This document shows, in pieces, positions 40,595 through 55,165 of a stretch of DNA of 64,000 bases. The first letter of the stretch is position 1. Each line of letters starts with the position of its first letter. The stretch covers positions 124,916,969-124,980,968 of the forward strand of contig NC_068985.1 in NCBI RefSeq assembly GCF_001194135.2, written 5' to 3'. The notes beneath the pieces were generated by a model. It was not told the DNA's origin, ran no database searches, and was given only the letters and a program-made list of their open reading frames with translations. The stretch is from Octopus bimaculoides (lineage: Eukaryota). A program made the position numbers and the translations under genes.

Positions 40595-40838
40595 ATATAT
40601 AAATATATATGTGTGTGTGTGTGTGTGTATATAAATATACATACTTACGTCCACATACACAAACATACACATATATACCATATATATGTGTGTGTGTATG
40701 TATTTCTATACACATTGGCGCAGGCGTGGGTGTGTGGTAAGAAGCTTGCTTCCCAACCACATGGCTTCGTGTTCAATCTCATTGCGTGACACCTTGGGCA
40801 AATGTCTTCTACTATAGCCTCAGGCCCACCAAAGCTTT

Positions 40839-40877
<39 letters not shown>

Positions 40878-41379
40878 CACACACAAAAAGGCGGTGCCCC
40901 TGCATGGCCGCAGTCAAATGAGTGAAACAAATAAAATGAATAGAAGAGTAAAAGAATATATACATATATTTTCTTTTATTCTATTTGTTTTAGCCATCGG
41001 ACTGCGGCCATGATGGAGCACCGACTTTAGTCGAACAAATCGGCCTCCAGGACTTATTCTTTGTAAGCGTAGTACTTATTCTATCGAACTGNNNNNNNNN
41101 NNNNNNNNNNNNNNNNNNNNNNNNNNNNNNNNNNNNNNNNNNNNNNNNNNNNNNNNNNNNNNNNNNNNNNNNNNNNNNNNNNNNNNNNNNNNNNNNNNNN
41201 NNNNNNNNNNNNNNNNNNNNNNNNNNNNNNNNNNNNNNNNNNNNNNNNNNNNNNNNNNNNNNNNNNNNNNNNNNNNNNNNNNNNNNNNNTTTAAACCACT
41301 ATGAATAATGCATTGAAATTAAATAGGATGAGGTTTCAAACCCTCTTACAATTTAATACTAACGAGGCTTTTTCATCTC

Positions 41380-42330
41380 CTACTCATCAATATATCCATC
41401 AATATATCCATCATTATCTTCATTGTCGCTTATGGTCCCGTACCCCGCCATTTCCCATGCCTCATTCATGTACAAAGCATATGTCATGTTAGGGCCACCC
41501 GGCCATATGCGACATTCCTCTTTCAGTCTTTTCAGCTTTTCCCACACGGAAAACCTTATGACCTCCACAGATATCTGCGGAGGCCATTCAGGATCCCGTG
41601 TGCAGACGGGATCCCAAATGCACACTGTCTCTTTGTGTTCCTCCATTTTTTTCCACCTCCCCGCCATTGTAGATGAAGATAAGTAATTCTTCAATTTTAA
41701 GGGTGGGGGTCGTTTCTTCCACCGTCGGTGGCACAATTCCCACCGACGAAGGCTCTTCTACCGTCAGTGGCACAACTCCCACTGACGGACCTTCGGGACA
41801 TGCAAACGGCACACCATCATCCACCTGCAATGACCCGTTCTTTCTTTTTATCCTTTTCTTCCTGACTTCGGGAGAGTGGAGCTCTTCCGCTTTGTCTGGA
41901 GTCTCTCCCCCACCTCCCGAAGCCTTAGGGTCATTCGGCAGGCAACCGTTGTTACCCACTTTCTTTCTTTTTAATCCTTTTTGGGTTGAGGAGGCTGAAG
42001 CCTCCTCAACCACATCCACCTATCCCTTTGACCGGGTAGGGGAGGTGGCCTCCAGTAACTGTTCCAGAACCTTACCATGGTCCTGGGGGCAGTTCTTTCT
42101 TATGTAGCCTGGCTCCAGGTACGAGTGGCATTTGAAGGGGCGTCCCTCAAGTATCACCGGATACCTGCAGTCAGCCATTTAAAAAAAAAATCTGGAAAAA
42201 CCAGATCTGTTGCGGCCGATCCAATCGACCATTCCCAATCGACCGCCGACGATACCCTTACATTTAAGAGCCTGTGCCCGCTATCCCCCAGGCCCCGTCG
42301 GGTAGTATCTTCAATCCAACCCGCCTCTTA
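41380..42330 (-). pseudogene. L1/Tx1-type ORF1 (gag-like CCHC zinc knuckle) relic
   Basis: Minus strand: CRYPVILEGRPFKCHSYLEPGYIRKNCPQ (42089-42130, degenerate CX2CX4HX4C after V..G.P), then basic KRKK/RKKRIKRK segments, an in-frame 39-bp (13-aa) duplication at ~41735-41812, and acidic end DNEDNDGYIDGYIDE*; one stop and about two frameshifts. Confidence 0.7.
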
Positions 42331-42354
42331 AGTACGAAATAGCCCGGCTATAAA

Positions 42355-42500
42355 AAATGAGTAAGGTGAAGATAGCGCCAATTATTGTTGGGTTCTTGAG
42401 GACAGTCTCAGGAGGCATATAAAGGAAATTGGAATAGAGTACCCAGTAGAACTGTTACAAAAGGTTTGCCTCCTTGGCACGACCAGAAGTAAGAGAGGAC
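42355..42500 (+). mobile_element. C-terminal RLE fragment of an R4/Dong-like retrotransposon
   Basis: KVKIAPIIVGFLRTVS...KEIGIEYPVELLQKVCLLGTTR, homologous to the 25218-25310 peptide. Confidence 0.7.
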
Positions 42501-42723
42501 ACATTCGGCAATGTAGTGCTAGAGACGATGGTTATGGTTGGAATAGCTGGGTACTTTGGGCATCGCATGTTTGTCGAATAAGAGGTGATCTTGTGCTGAT
42601 CATTAGCAACAATCACAATAGGAGGCAAAATAACATCATCAGTACCACCACCACCACCGCCACCACCACAACCACCACCGCCGTCATCATCATCATCATC
42701 ATCATCATCANNNNNNNNNNCCG

Positions 42724-42786
<63 letters not shown>

Positions 42787-43758
42787 ACGACAACAAACAG
42801 CAGCAGCTGCAATAACCTCTACAATTATATATTTGGTTGTTCCTTTTGTTGTTGTTGTTGTTTGTGTTGTTTTTACTGCTTGTCTCCATAAGGTGTAACT
42901 GTGTTTTGTGAGTTGTTATTGGTTTTCTCAGTGGAAAAGATAGTGCGAAAGAATGGAAAAAGAAATCAAATAGGTTTTTGCAGTGCATCACCTTGATCCG
43001 GCGTCTCGTCTAGCATCGTCCTCGCCTTGCCTCGCCTTGTCCTACATCGTCTCACCTCCTGCCACACCATATTACCAAACAGATCATCCTCTCAAATTCA
43101 CACACACACACACACACACACTCATACGCGCACGCCCACACGCTTACACATAGGCACTTACCCACACGCTTACGCTCACTCGCGCACGCACACAAATACA
43201 CGCACACACACATATATACTCTTATAGATATACAGACACATAAACAAACACACATATAAACATACATAAATATGTATATACTTATATACATATACATACA
43301 TATATATGTGTGTGAGTGTGCATATATATANNNNNNNNNNNNNNNNNNNNNNNNNNNNNNNNNNNNNNNNNNNNNNNNNNNNNNNNNNNNNNNNNNNNNN
43401 NNNNNNNNNNNNNNNNNNNNNNNNNNNNNNNNNNNNNNNNNNNNNNNNNNNNNNNNNNNNNNNNNNNNNNNNNNNNNNNNNNNNNNNNNNNNNNNNNNNN
43501 NNNNNNNNNNNNNNNNNNNNNNNNNNNNNNNNNNNNNNNNNNNNNNNNNNNNNNNNNNNNNNNNNNNNNNNNNNNNNNNNNNNNNNNNNNNNNNNNNNNN
43601 NNNNNNNNNNNNNNNNNNNNNNNNNNNNNNNNNNNNNNNNNNNNNNNNNNNNNNNNNNNNNNNNNNNNNNNNNNNNNNNNNNNNNNNNNNNNNNNNNNNN
43701 NNNNNNNNNNNNNNNNNNNNNNNNNNNNCCACCACCACCACCACCACCACCACCACCA

Positions 43759-43836
43759 CCTCCACCATAACCACTATCACCACTAAATTCGTTGACAATG
43801 ATACCACCCCCGCTACCGCCCCACCACAACCACCAT

Positions 43837-43884
<48 letters not shown>

Positions 43885-43988
43885 CACAACCACCATCACC
43901 ACCACAACCACCTCCACCATAACCACTGTCACCACTAAATTCGTTGACAATAATACCACCTCCGCTACCGCCCCACCACAACCACCAT

Positions 43989-44042
<54 letters not shown>
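43759..44042. repeat. Tandem duplication (period ~152 bp) of a low-complexity ACC/ACT unit
   Basis: cctccaccataa..cactaaattcgttgacaat.ataccacc.ccgctaccgccccaccacaaccaccat.(act)n at 43759 and 43911. Confidence 0.85.
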
Positions 44043-44354
44043 AATCAAATCCACTGTCGATATCACCTCCTACCTTTAACAAGTTTCGCCACGAACGGTA
44101 ACACCAACACTACCACTATCAACTCTAGAACCACCACCATATACCTCTACTTTCACTACAATTACCACGATTACTACTTCCCCTACCGCCACCATCACCA
44201 CCACCACCACCATTTGTCACCATCGGCATCACTACCATTTCTATTGCAACACACCGTCGTCATCCTCATGGGCACCGCTACCACCACCAGCACCACCTTT
44301 TCCTGCCCTCCTTCTCCTCTTCCTCATCCACTTCTACTATCTCCTCCTCCGCAC

Positions 44355-44412
<58 letters not shown>

Positions 44413-44854
44413 ATTGGTATGTAACTGATTGGAATCGATACTCGTCGTTATATAAACGACTGGTACTCACATTGTCGGCATGTCGGGAAGGATAATCGCT
44501 GGAGTTTGCTTGGAAAGGAATTTGTAACCCAGAAAAGCGAAGAATTACGTACATTTAACTTGTATGTTGCTTCATTGACCCTAAGCATTCCAACAAAGCG
44601 GATACAACAACAACAACAACAATAACAATAACAATAGCTGCAACATCAATAAGAATAGTAACAAAAAAATTGCAAAAGCTTTTAGCACACCAACAACAAC
44701 AACAACTGCAACTCTACAATAACAAGAACAGCAACATCAATTACAATTACAATACCGACAAAAACAACAATAACAATAGCAATAGCATTATCACTGAAAA
44801 CAACAACAACTCTTTTAAAAAACATTTCTTTCTCACATTCTCTCTCCCTCTCTG

Positions 44855-44919
<65 letters not shown>

Positions 44920-45317
44920 NNNNNNNNNNNNNNNNNNNNNNNNNNNNNNNNNNNNNNNNNNNNNNNNNNNNNNNNNNNNNNNNNNNNNNNNNNNNNNNNN
45001 NNNNNNNNNNNNNNNNNNNNNNNNNNNNNNNNNNNNNNNNNNNNNNNNNNNNNNNNNNNNNNNNNNNNNNNNNNNNNNNNNNNNNNNNNNNNNNNNNNNN
45101 NNNNNNNNNNNNNNNNNNNNNNNNNNNNNNNNNNNNNNNNNNNNNNNNNNNNNNNNNNNNNNNNNNNNNNNNNNNNNNNNNNNNNNNNNNNNNNNNNNNN
45201 NNNNNNNNNNNNNNNNNNNTATATATATAAACATATATATACATATATGTGTGTGTATGTGTGTTTGTGTGTATATTGTCTTAATTTATAAGTTTCAGTC
45301 ATACAGCTTCGGGCTGA

Positions 45318-45368
<51 letters not shown>

Positions 45369-45393
45369 GACTCTCCCTTTCTCTGTCTCCCTT

Positions 45394-45424
<31 letters not shown>

Positions 45425-45963
45425 CCCTCTCTCACTTTGATGTTTTTTTTGTCTACTTTCACTTTCACTTTCACTTTCAGATTCAGAAATTATCTCGGTT
45501 TATATGCATTCTGTTCATTTTGGCATGATCTGTGTTCGCTGTCACCCCGAAGTAGCCATCACGATTTCATGCCTTTAGAATATAAGCATAAATGTCTTAT
45601 TACCATTATCTTCCCTGCATCCTTAGAAACAATAATCTCAAGAAGTAAATGCTATTCATATATTTTTGTTCCGCGAGTACTCTCGTATGTTAGATGCGAA
45701 GTTATATAAGTGATATCAGTTATATAAATTCCAAGAGTTTTGTGCGATGATACTTGTTATACATCTTTTTATCTATTAAGTTATATATCTCCCGTTTGTC
45801 AGTCTATCTATCAATTTGTCTGTCTGTCTGTCAGTCCATCTATTTATTTATATATAATATAAACATAAAAACATTCAAATATATATATATATGTCTGTGC
45901 ATCTACCTCTCTGTTTGTCTGTCAGTCTATCCATCTATTTATCTATATATGATATAATCATAG

Positions 45964-46004
<41 letters not shown>

Positions 46005-46033
46005 TATATATATTTATATCTATCTATCTATCA

Positions 46034-46073
<40 letters not shown>

Positions 46074-47724
46074 GTCTGTCCGTCTGTCTGTCCGTCTGTC
46101 TGTCTGTCTGTCTGTCTGTCTATACTTCATTTTAATCTTTCTTCTCAGTATTCCTTCTGTTTAGTCACTCAGCCTCATTCATTCTTCTTCTCTCCTTTCA
46201 CTCATTCTTCCCTTACTTCTCTCTTATTCCTTAAAGCTCATCCATTCCACTCTCTTCTTTTGACTATTACAGTCTCATTCGTTCATTTGCATAGTTTCAT
46301 TCATTCAGTGACTCATTCTTTTTTCCTTCGATTATTCCTGTTCCATTCATTCCTTTTCATCCCTCATTCGTTTTTCATCCAACTACTTCATTAATTCATC
46401 CTATTTATCTTACATTTTACTTTTGTCCATTTCAGTTTCATTTACCCCTCTATTCTTCTTTTTATCTTTCATTACTTTAGTATTTCATGTTTTCATTTCG
46501 TTCAATCATTCACTCATTCTTTTGATATGTATTTTTATGAGAAACTCCATTTCTTTTTTTTATTGTATTCTTTCTGTCTCCCTAGGATTCTTTCTTTCAT
46601 TCATTTACTCTTCCTTCCTTCCTTTCTTTCTTTCTTTCTTTCTATACACACACACATGTATGTGTTAACTTGTATGGATGCATGTGTATATGTGTATATA
46701 CTTATGTGTATAAATATATACGTGTATATACATATATATATGTAGTTGTGTGTGTGTCTGTGTGTGTGTGCGTATGTATCTGCACTCTTATGTTTGAGTC
46801 TGCATGTATGTTTTATACATGTTCGTCATTGTGTATGAAAATGTCTGTGTATTTACATTTAAATGATATATTGTTGGAGCCATTAATTGTGGAAATGCAA
46901 TAACCTAATTAGTTTCTTTTGGTTCTTTGAGGTCCAGCTTCTCGATAATGGTACTAAGGTACTTAGATATATAACCAATTACCCTAAGAAAATGTATTCT
47001 TGTAAAATGAAACCTTCGTGTATGTGTACAGTAGATTTTCTACTTCAATTTTATAACCACAAATTAATAAATTTCTCTATGTTAATACGATCTCTTTAAA
47101 AATCGTTATATTACACTAAAATAGCCATCTTTACATCATACTTAATGCATATACATCGTCGATTAGGAAAATTCCTACGGTATTCGTCTGGAGATAGCAT
47201 CTCTTATGGATGTGATGTGTTTAAAAACACAACGTATATCGGTGGGAGACAAAAATCGCCCCAGGAGTGGTTGGCAAGAAGGCTAGATGTATTTCGGCCT
47301 AGTTAGGCCTCATCAATGGCATGCGCTCACAATCATATGCTTGGACGAGTTTTGTTGCCTCAATATATAGGAAACATTGAATACAACATATACTAATCTA
47401 GCGAATAGCTCCCCAAAATTGCTATACTAAAATGCTGTACATAGAACTGAAGCAGTATTAAACTGAAATAGCCATCAATGTTTCATAATTAATCTACATG
47501 CATCGATGGCAGCTAAGTTACTGTGATATTTGTTTTAAAACACAGTACTTCTATAAGAGATGTTATCTCTGGACAGACACAGCAGAATCTTGCCTGTCAA
47601 AGGCTATTTTAATTTAACACTGCTTTAGGATTTTCATTTAGCCGAGCAGGTATTTGTAATACCAGCGTATTTTCTATTCATTTTTTCTATTTCGGACGTG
47701 ACATGTCTTCCCCGATGTCTGTGT

Positions 47725-47789
<65 letters not shown>

Positions 47790-48251
47790 NNNNNNNNNNN
47801 NNNNNNNNNNNNNNNNNNNNNNNNNNNNNNNNNNNNNNNNNNNNNNNNNNNNNNNNNNNNNNNNNNNNNNNNNNNNNNNNNNNNNNNNNNNNNNNNNNNN
47901 NNNNNNNNNNNNNNNNNNNNNNNNNNNNNNNNNNNNNNNNNNNNNNNNNNNNNNNNNNNNNNNNNNNNNNNNNNNNNNNNNNNNNNNNNNNNNNNNNNNN
48001 NNNNNNNNNNNNNNNNNNNNNNNNNNNNNNNNNNNNNNNNNNNNNNNNNNNNNNNNNNNNNNNNNNNNNNNNNNNNNNNNNNNNNNNNNNNNNNNNNNNN
48101 NNNNNNNNNNNNNNNNNNNNNNNNNNNNNNNNNNNNNNNNNNNNNNNNNNNNNNNNNNNNNNNNNNNNNNNNNNNNNNNNNNNNNNNNNNNNNNNNNNNN
48201 NNNNNNNNNNNNNNNNNNNNNNNNNNNNNNNNNNNNNNNNNNNNNNNNNNN

Positions 48252-48310
<59 letters not shown>

Positions 48311-48925
48311 TTTTTTTAAACACAGCACGTTCGTAAGAGTTGTTATCCCTACGAATACTGCAATAATATTCCTTAAGTATGATAGAGAAACCAGTATTTA
48401 AAAAAAATCTTTATTTAATGTAAAACAAAATAAATAAAAAATATGCCGAAAACATTCCCCCTATCGAATAACATTTTCGAGAAGGCATATTTTGTACATT
48501 TTCATGAATAAACTAATAAACTAATCTACTTTCTCTCATGCGTCCTAGCCTTAGCTAACGCGTGCTACCTTATCACACCATATTGGGCTGGGTAATGTTA
48601 GATTAGTTAATTCGTGAAGATATGCAAAATATTTACATTCTAAATATATTTCTGCACATTAATAACGGTGGTAGAAATAATAACTTACGTTTATGCTTAT
48701 CTTATATTTACCAAACATTCCATTGTAGAACGTCAAAAATATCATAAAACTATTCTTTCATTTTTTTTTATTCGATTCAGTCATTGGACTGCAACCATGC
48801 TGGGGCACCGTTTACTCGCTCAAATCGAACTTAATACTCATTTTTTTATTTTTTAAGTCTGGTACTTAGTTATTGTTCGCTCTTGCTGAACCGCTAATGG
48901 GTGTACAAATATGAAGGCACTCACA

Positions 48926-48962
<37 letters not shown>

Positions 48963-49090
48963 GTGTGTGCGTTATTTCTTTACTACCCACAAGGGGCTAC
49001 ACACAGAGGAGACAAACAAGGACAGACAAACGGATTAAGTCGATTATATCGACCCCAGTGCGTAACTGGTACTTATTTAATCGACCCCGG

Positions 49091-49585
49091 CTTCCATCCT
49101 GTTCATCAAAAATGTATGACGTCGTTATCATTGTGATACTGGTTCCCAGCCAAATGTTTTTTCATGTTGAGAAACAGATGATAGTCAGACGGGACCAAAT
49201 CGACAGAAAGGAAGAGTGATCAACGAGTTCAAAGCCACAGTCACGCAATGGTAGTCATTGAAATGAAGGACTTGTGCGTTGGAGCATTCTCCTGATGAAG
49301 CAACACTCCTTCCATCAGTCTTCCTGAGTGTTTGATCTCGATAGCCTTTCGTAACTGCCTCAGAAAGTTGGCATTGTACTTTCAAGTCAAGAAACACAAT
49401 GCCTTTTGCAGTTCAAAGAAAGTGAGACACCGCCTTCCCTGCATGGATTGTCTCGTTGTCTCCGGCTCAAAGTGACGAAGCCAACACTCATCCTGGGTTA
49501 GGAAATCTCCAAAGAAACCAGTTGGATCTGTCTGAAACAATGTCAGCTTTTTCGGAGATGTGATCAGCCTGGTGCACTTTTGATC
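49091..49585 (-). pseudogene. mariner transposase fragment with internal deletion
   Basis: Minus strand: FLTQDECWLRHFEPETTRQSMQ (first D region), YYANFLRQLRKAIEIK..GVLLHQENAPTHKS (second D region), KHLAGNQYHNDNDVI. Confidence 0.85.
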
Positions 49586-49630
49586 AAATGTCAAATCAAG
49601 TGTGTGTGTGTATGTGTGCGTGTGTGTGTT

Positions 49631-49747
<117 letters not shown>

Positions 49748-50269
49748 ACACACATACACGGCGGGCTTCCATGCAGTGTTCCCTTCGACCAAATTCACTC
49801 ACAAAGCATTTGTCAGTTTGAAGCTACAGTAAAAGTCACTTGCAGCATAGTGGGACTGAACCCGAAAGCAGATTTCTTAACCATACGTTCATGTCTGTGC
49901 CTATTGATTTTAGTCTGACAAAATTCCCAACCCGTTGTGTCAAATCGTGTCATTCAGGCAACACGTGCTCGACAAAAAGCCAGCATATGTACGTACATCA
50001 CGTGTGTACTCAAAAGTGAGTATATTATCCTGTGATTACGTGAACATTTCCTCCAAGAGACACTTTGACTGTATTTTAGCCGTATATATGTAAGTGAAGG
50101 TAGTTGGACTAACCTACTTAAACAGAAACTTGGAGGAGAAACACTCATCGTAGTAAAAAGTTAAAAATAGGTACATATCCTGTAAATTAAATAGTGCCGC
50201 TAACTTTGTCAAGAGCATCACTTCCTGGACCTGTGATAAATATATCACATTCCTCCCAGAGATAGAAGA

Positions 50270-50650
50270 AAGCTACGAAATACCAGGACAATGAAAGTAA
50301 TAAGACTTCTTCTAGAATTCCACTCTGTGATAGAAAATATCGATTGTGCCACTTCAGCATGGAAAATATGACTTATAACGTAATCACCAGCTCGCCATAA
50401 ATGTCCAGAAAGTGTTATCTTTCCTTGAGACACGTAATTGTTCTTAACACTCTTCATGGTAGGATCCACAGAAAGGATTACCTTGAAGGTCGTACCAGAG
50501 GCAAACCAACGTCAGAATGTATCAACACCTTTAAAAATAAGGATTTCTGGTAGAATATTCCAATAATAACAACAACCCTCTGTAAACACAATAGACTTGA
50601 TGTTGTTCTATGGGCCAAAGAACAGAATTCATATTATGTTGTAGAGGCAG
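50270..50650 (+). pseudogene. CCHC zinc knuckle plus RLE N-terminal part of an R4/Dong-like retrotransposon
   Basis: One frame from 50326, two stops: CDRKYRLCHFSMENMTYNVITSSP*MSRKCYLSLRHVIV...NKDFW*NIPIITTTLCKHNRLDVVLWAKEQNSYYVVE (HNRPD motif). Confidence 0.82.
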
Positions 50651-50667
50651 GAAACGAACATATACAA

Positions 50668-50805
50668 CTGTGATTCTCAATCGTGGTCCATATGGCACCT
50701 GAGAGTCGATATAAGATTTTTGGGAGTGCACGCAACAAAATAGCAAATTGGAGATTCATGATAGTAGTTTAAGGGCCCCTGAAAGAAATTTTGCTTTAGA
50801 TGTAT
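50668..50805 (+). mobile_element. Possible hAT (Charlie-like) MITE fragment
   Basis: ctgtgattctcaatcgtggtcc resembles the CAGTGGTTCTCAACC-type terminus; no partner end seen. Confidence 0.35.
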
Positions 50806-50824
50806 GTATTGGTAAGTATTGCAA

Positions 50825-50949
50825 TAGATGTATGTATGTAGATGTATGTATGTAGATGTATGTATGTAGATGTATGTATGTAGATGTATGTATGTAGATG
50901 TATGTATGTAGATGTATGTATGTAGATGTATGTATGTAGATGTATGTAT
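50825..50949. repeat. 14-bp tandem repeat (TAGATGTATGTATG)x9
   Basis: Directly visible. Confidence 0.95.
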
Positions 50950-51301
50950 CGGTATGTATTGCAAGAATCAGCTTAGTTTCTTTCCCTAACATTTTACATA
51001 GTTCAACCTACGCAAGTTAATGTGTGAAAAGTATCTATAAAACTAGTTTTAAAACATCGACTGGCTAGGGAAGAGGCCACCAGAATAAAATAGTAATCAA
51101 AGTGATTCATAGATAAAAAATACAATTTATAGTAAACTAATGAGAAAATTACACTTTTTATATTAAAGCTACAAAATTTCATTCGTACTTGTATCATGGG
51201 TTTACCTGGATATGCAACAACATATTTGCACTAGATACCTCCTATAATGGGATTTTCCAAACCACAATGACTCTCTTCTTTGCAATTCAGGGAAGATTTG
51301 C

Positions 51302-51381
<80 letters not shown>

Positions 51382-51599
51382 CATGCACGCACACGCATGC
51401 ACACACACACACACACACAAATACATTCATACATACTCATATGCATACATACACACATACATACATACATACAGGCGCAAACGCATACATAAACACATAC
51501 ATACATACATACATACACACACACACAGTTACATACATACATACACACATACACACATATACATACATACATACATACGATTGACCGTTGACTGGACAC

Positions 51600-51772
51600 T
51601 ATTCAATTTTTTTTCTCCGTGTTTTTCTCCTTGTCTCCGTATTCTTTCTGTTGAAGAGCGTAGCTCGAAACGTCAAAGACTTTCCGTATTCCCGAGCGTC
51701 ATACTAATATATACTTTTGTTATTTACACCACCTGTCCTCGTCTGTTGTTGTTTTTTCGTACATTCTCCTAC
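51600..51772 (+). mobile_element. Penelope-like terminal-repeat fragment with hammerhead fold (copy 3 of 3, best preserved)
   Basis: Homologous to the 21.1-kb and 37.2-kb copies; flanked by (CATA)n. Confidence 0.65.
51643..51679 (+). ncRNA. Minimal type I hammerhead-like motif with non-canonical core
   Basis: TCTTT-CTGTTGA-A-GAGC-GTA-GCTC-GAAAC-GTC-AAAGA: perfect stems I and II, loopless palindromic (ACGT) stem III, GUC triplet; A6 replaced by U. Confidence 0.55.
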
Positions 51773-51963
51773 ATACATACATACATACATACATACATAC
51801 ACAGACACACGAACAAACGCATCACATACAAAAAGATTAATGAAACAAACATTCAAAAAAAGATATCTAGATATTTACTATGCGGTGCCGTCTGCTGTAG
51901 CTACGGAAAGACCAATGTCCTGTGAGTAAATAAGGTAGACGAAAACTGTGTGGAAGCCTGTTG

Positions 51964-51996
<33 letters not shown>

Positions 51997-52606
51997 CTTT
52001 ATGTTTATGCTTGTCCACCCACCTCCACTTGTCAACTGGTGTTGGCTTATTTTTGTACCCGTAACTTAGAGGTTCAGTAAAGTGATAGTATAGACATTAA
52101 AGTAGAAAAAGACCCCAGGTGGTGCTATTGAGTTAGTCATAGCCTGGGCCGATAATAGCCGAAGCTAATCTAAGTTATCTTAGTACTAAACTTAAAAATT
52201 CAGTACTGTGAGTGATTTGTTCGACTTCTAGGCGTTGCACCAGCATGGCCGAGGGGCAGTAACTGAAACAAGTTTGAAAATAAAAGACAAAGATATCATA
52301 TCATTATATGAGTGCAACTATATTCATACATACATTTATATGTATATATGTAGTATTGAGTACACTCCCGCCCCTCCAAAATAAACAAAACCAAAATCCT
52401 TGTTACTTTGTTAATCACCGGTCTGAAATTTGCAGAGAATTTAAATAAGTCAAAACACACACACACACGTACATATATATATATGCGTACATGCATGCAT
52501 ACACAGTTAATGTCAAAATTCCAGTGAAACAGCTCTGTTCGTGGGTGGGAGTCGGGTTTCTTTTTCTATCGGTGAGAAATTTTTCAAATCAAAACTAGAA
52601 CATAAG

Positions 52607-52639
<33 letters not shown>

Positions 52640-52718
52640 CACGCACACACACACACGCACGCACACACACACACACACACACAGTATATGCACACATTAG
52701 TGTGTTTACACTTCGATA

Positions 52719-52758
<40 letters not shown>

Positions 52759-53429
52759 AGAGAAAAAGAAGGAGTAATTATTATTTACGCTGACATTTTA
52801 ACCGAAATGAACGGTTGTCTTATAATAAATCTTTCTTCACCATCGCTGTTAGGACTACGAAGACCAACCATTATCCCCACCACTATCATTAGCATCGACA
52901 ACACCACAATCAGTGGTTTCATCGTTATCACAACCAACGCCAACAGCACCATCATCATCAGCAGCACCACCATCACAAGCAGCAACACCTTCATTCGCCC
53001 TTCCAATATTGTTAGCATCACAACGACTTCGTAACTAACATTTCATTCACCACCAATTTTACCTCAAGATGTCGGTGCTTGGTAGGTTTGTTTGATTCGC
53101 TACAACACCCAAATCTCTCTCACATCTTACGCTACCGTTGAGAAAGAATAAAAGTCATATTCTTGTAGAATGTATTCTTGGGTAAACAAAAATACTGGCA
53201 GGTCATGGTTGGAACCAGAGCCTATAAGTTTGAGAAACAGCCAGCACATTTGCACGAGTGTGCAGAGAACCAAGGAAGGGCACCTGACTTAAAATCCCGC
53301 AAGTCTGACTTTGCTCTCCAAATAGACTTTACTTGGTGGTCAATGAAAATTAGAACTGTTCATTGTTACCAATACTTCGTTGAATTTTCATTAAAGATTT
53401 GTATAAAAATGACATTACCACAAGCTTAT

Positions 53430-53648
53430 AAGGCGGTGAGCTGTCAGAATCGTTAGCACGCCAGGCAAAATGATTAGCTGCATTTCGTCCGTCTGCACGC
53501 TCTGAATTCAAATTCCGACGAGATCGACTTTGCCTTTCATCCTTTCGAGAGCGATAAAATAAGTACCAGTTGAGTATTAGGCTCGATCTAATCTACTATC
53601 CTCCTCCGTCAAATTCAGGCCTTATGCCTATAGTAGAATGGATTATTA
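53430..53648 (+). mobile_element. Full-length SINE family B (tail type 2)
   Basis: aaggcggtgagctgtcagaatcgttagcacg...gaattcaaattcc...caggccttatgcctatagtagaatggattatta. Confidence 0.88.
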
Positions 53649-53840
53649 CATGCTTATAGTTTACTAAGCGCATGCCTTTCTATTGGAGTAAAAATGCTAC
53701 AGTGTGTCCCCAAGTTTCCAGCAAACGCCTTAATGCACTCACTTCCAACATCTCAAAAATGATGGTGATTGTCATTAACAATCTTCTTCATAACCTTCAA
53801 TCTCTCTTCCTCCTTAATAACTACTAATATGGCTTTTGTA

Positions 53841-54070
53841 GTGGAGGCGTATACCGTAGTGGTTAAGGTATTGGGTACATGATCGTAAGATTGTGGTTTC
53901 GATTCCTGGACCAGGTGATGCGTTGTGTTCTTGAGCAAAACACTTCATTCCCCGCTGCTCCAGTCCATTGTACTAGGGAAAAAATGAGTAATCCTACGAT
54001 GGATTGGCGTCTCGTCCAAGGAAGAATATATATACCAGAGAAATCGGGAAACCGGTTTTATGCTCCCTAC
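53841..54070 (+). mobile_element. SINE family D
   Basis: gtggaggcgtataccgtagtggttaagg, ggtttcgattcctggacc, tgtgttcttgagcaaaacacttcatt. Confidence 0.75.
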
Positions 54071-54085
54071 AGAGTAATGTGGACT

Positions 54086-54815
<730 letters not shown>

Positions 54816-54830
54816 CCACAGACGTGCTGT

Positions 54831-55165
54831 GTAATAGCTCAGTGGTTAGGGCATCGGGCTTACAATCATGAGGTAGTGAGTTCGATTCCTGGACCGGGCT
54901 CTGTTGTGTTCTTCAGCAAGACACTTTATTTCACGTTGCTCCAGTTTACTCAGCTGTAGAAATGAGTTGCGACGTCCCTGGTGCCAAGCTGTATCGGCCC
55001 CTTTGCCTTTCTCTTGGATAACATCAGTGGTGTGGAGAGGGGGAGGCTGGTATGCATGGGTGACTGCTGGTCTTCCATAAAAAACATGCCCGGATTTGTG
55101 CCTCGGAGGGTAACTTTCTCGGTGCAATCCCAAGGTCATTCATAACCGAGGAGGGTCTTTACCCT
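54831..55165 (+). mobile_element. SINE, family D head with a different tail
   Basis: tagctcagtggttaggg (A box), gagttcgattcc (B box), tgtgttcttcagcaagacactttatttcacgttgctccag, tail ending gggtctttacccta. Confidence 0.8.

Noticed and set aside
50825-50949. CRISPR-like regular repeats (also 20463-20518, 7668-7717)
   Set aside because: Head-to-tail units without unique spacers, eukaryotic context, no cas genes.
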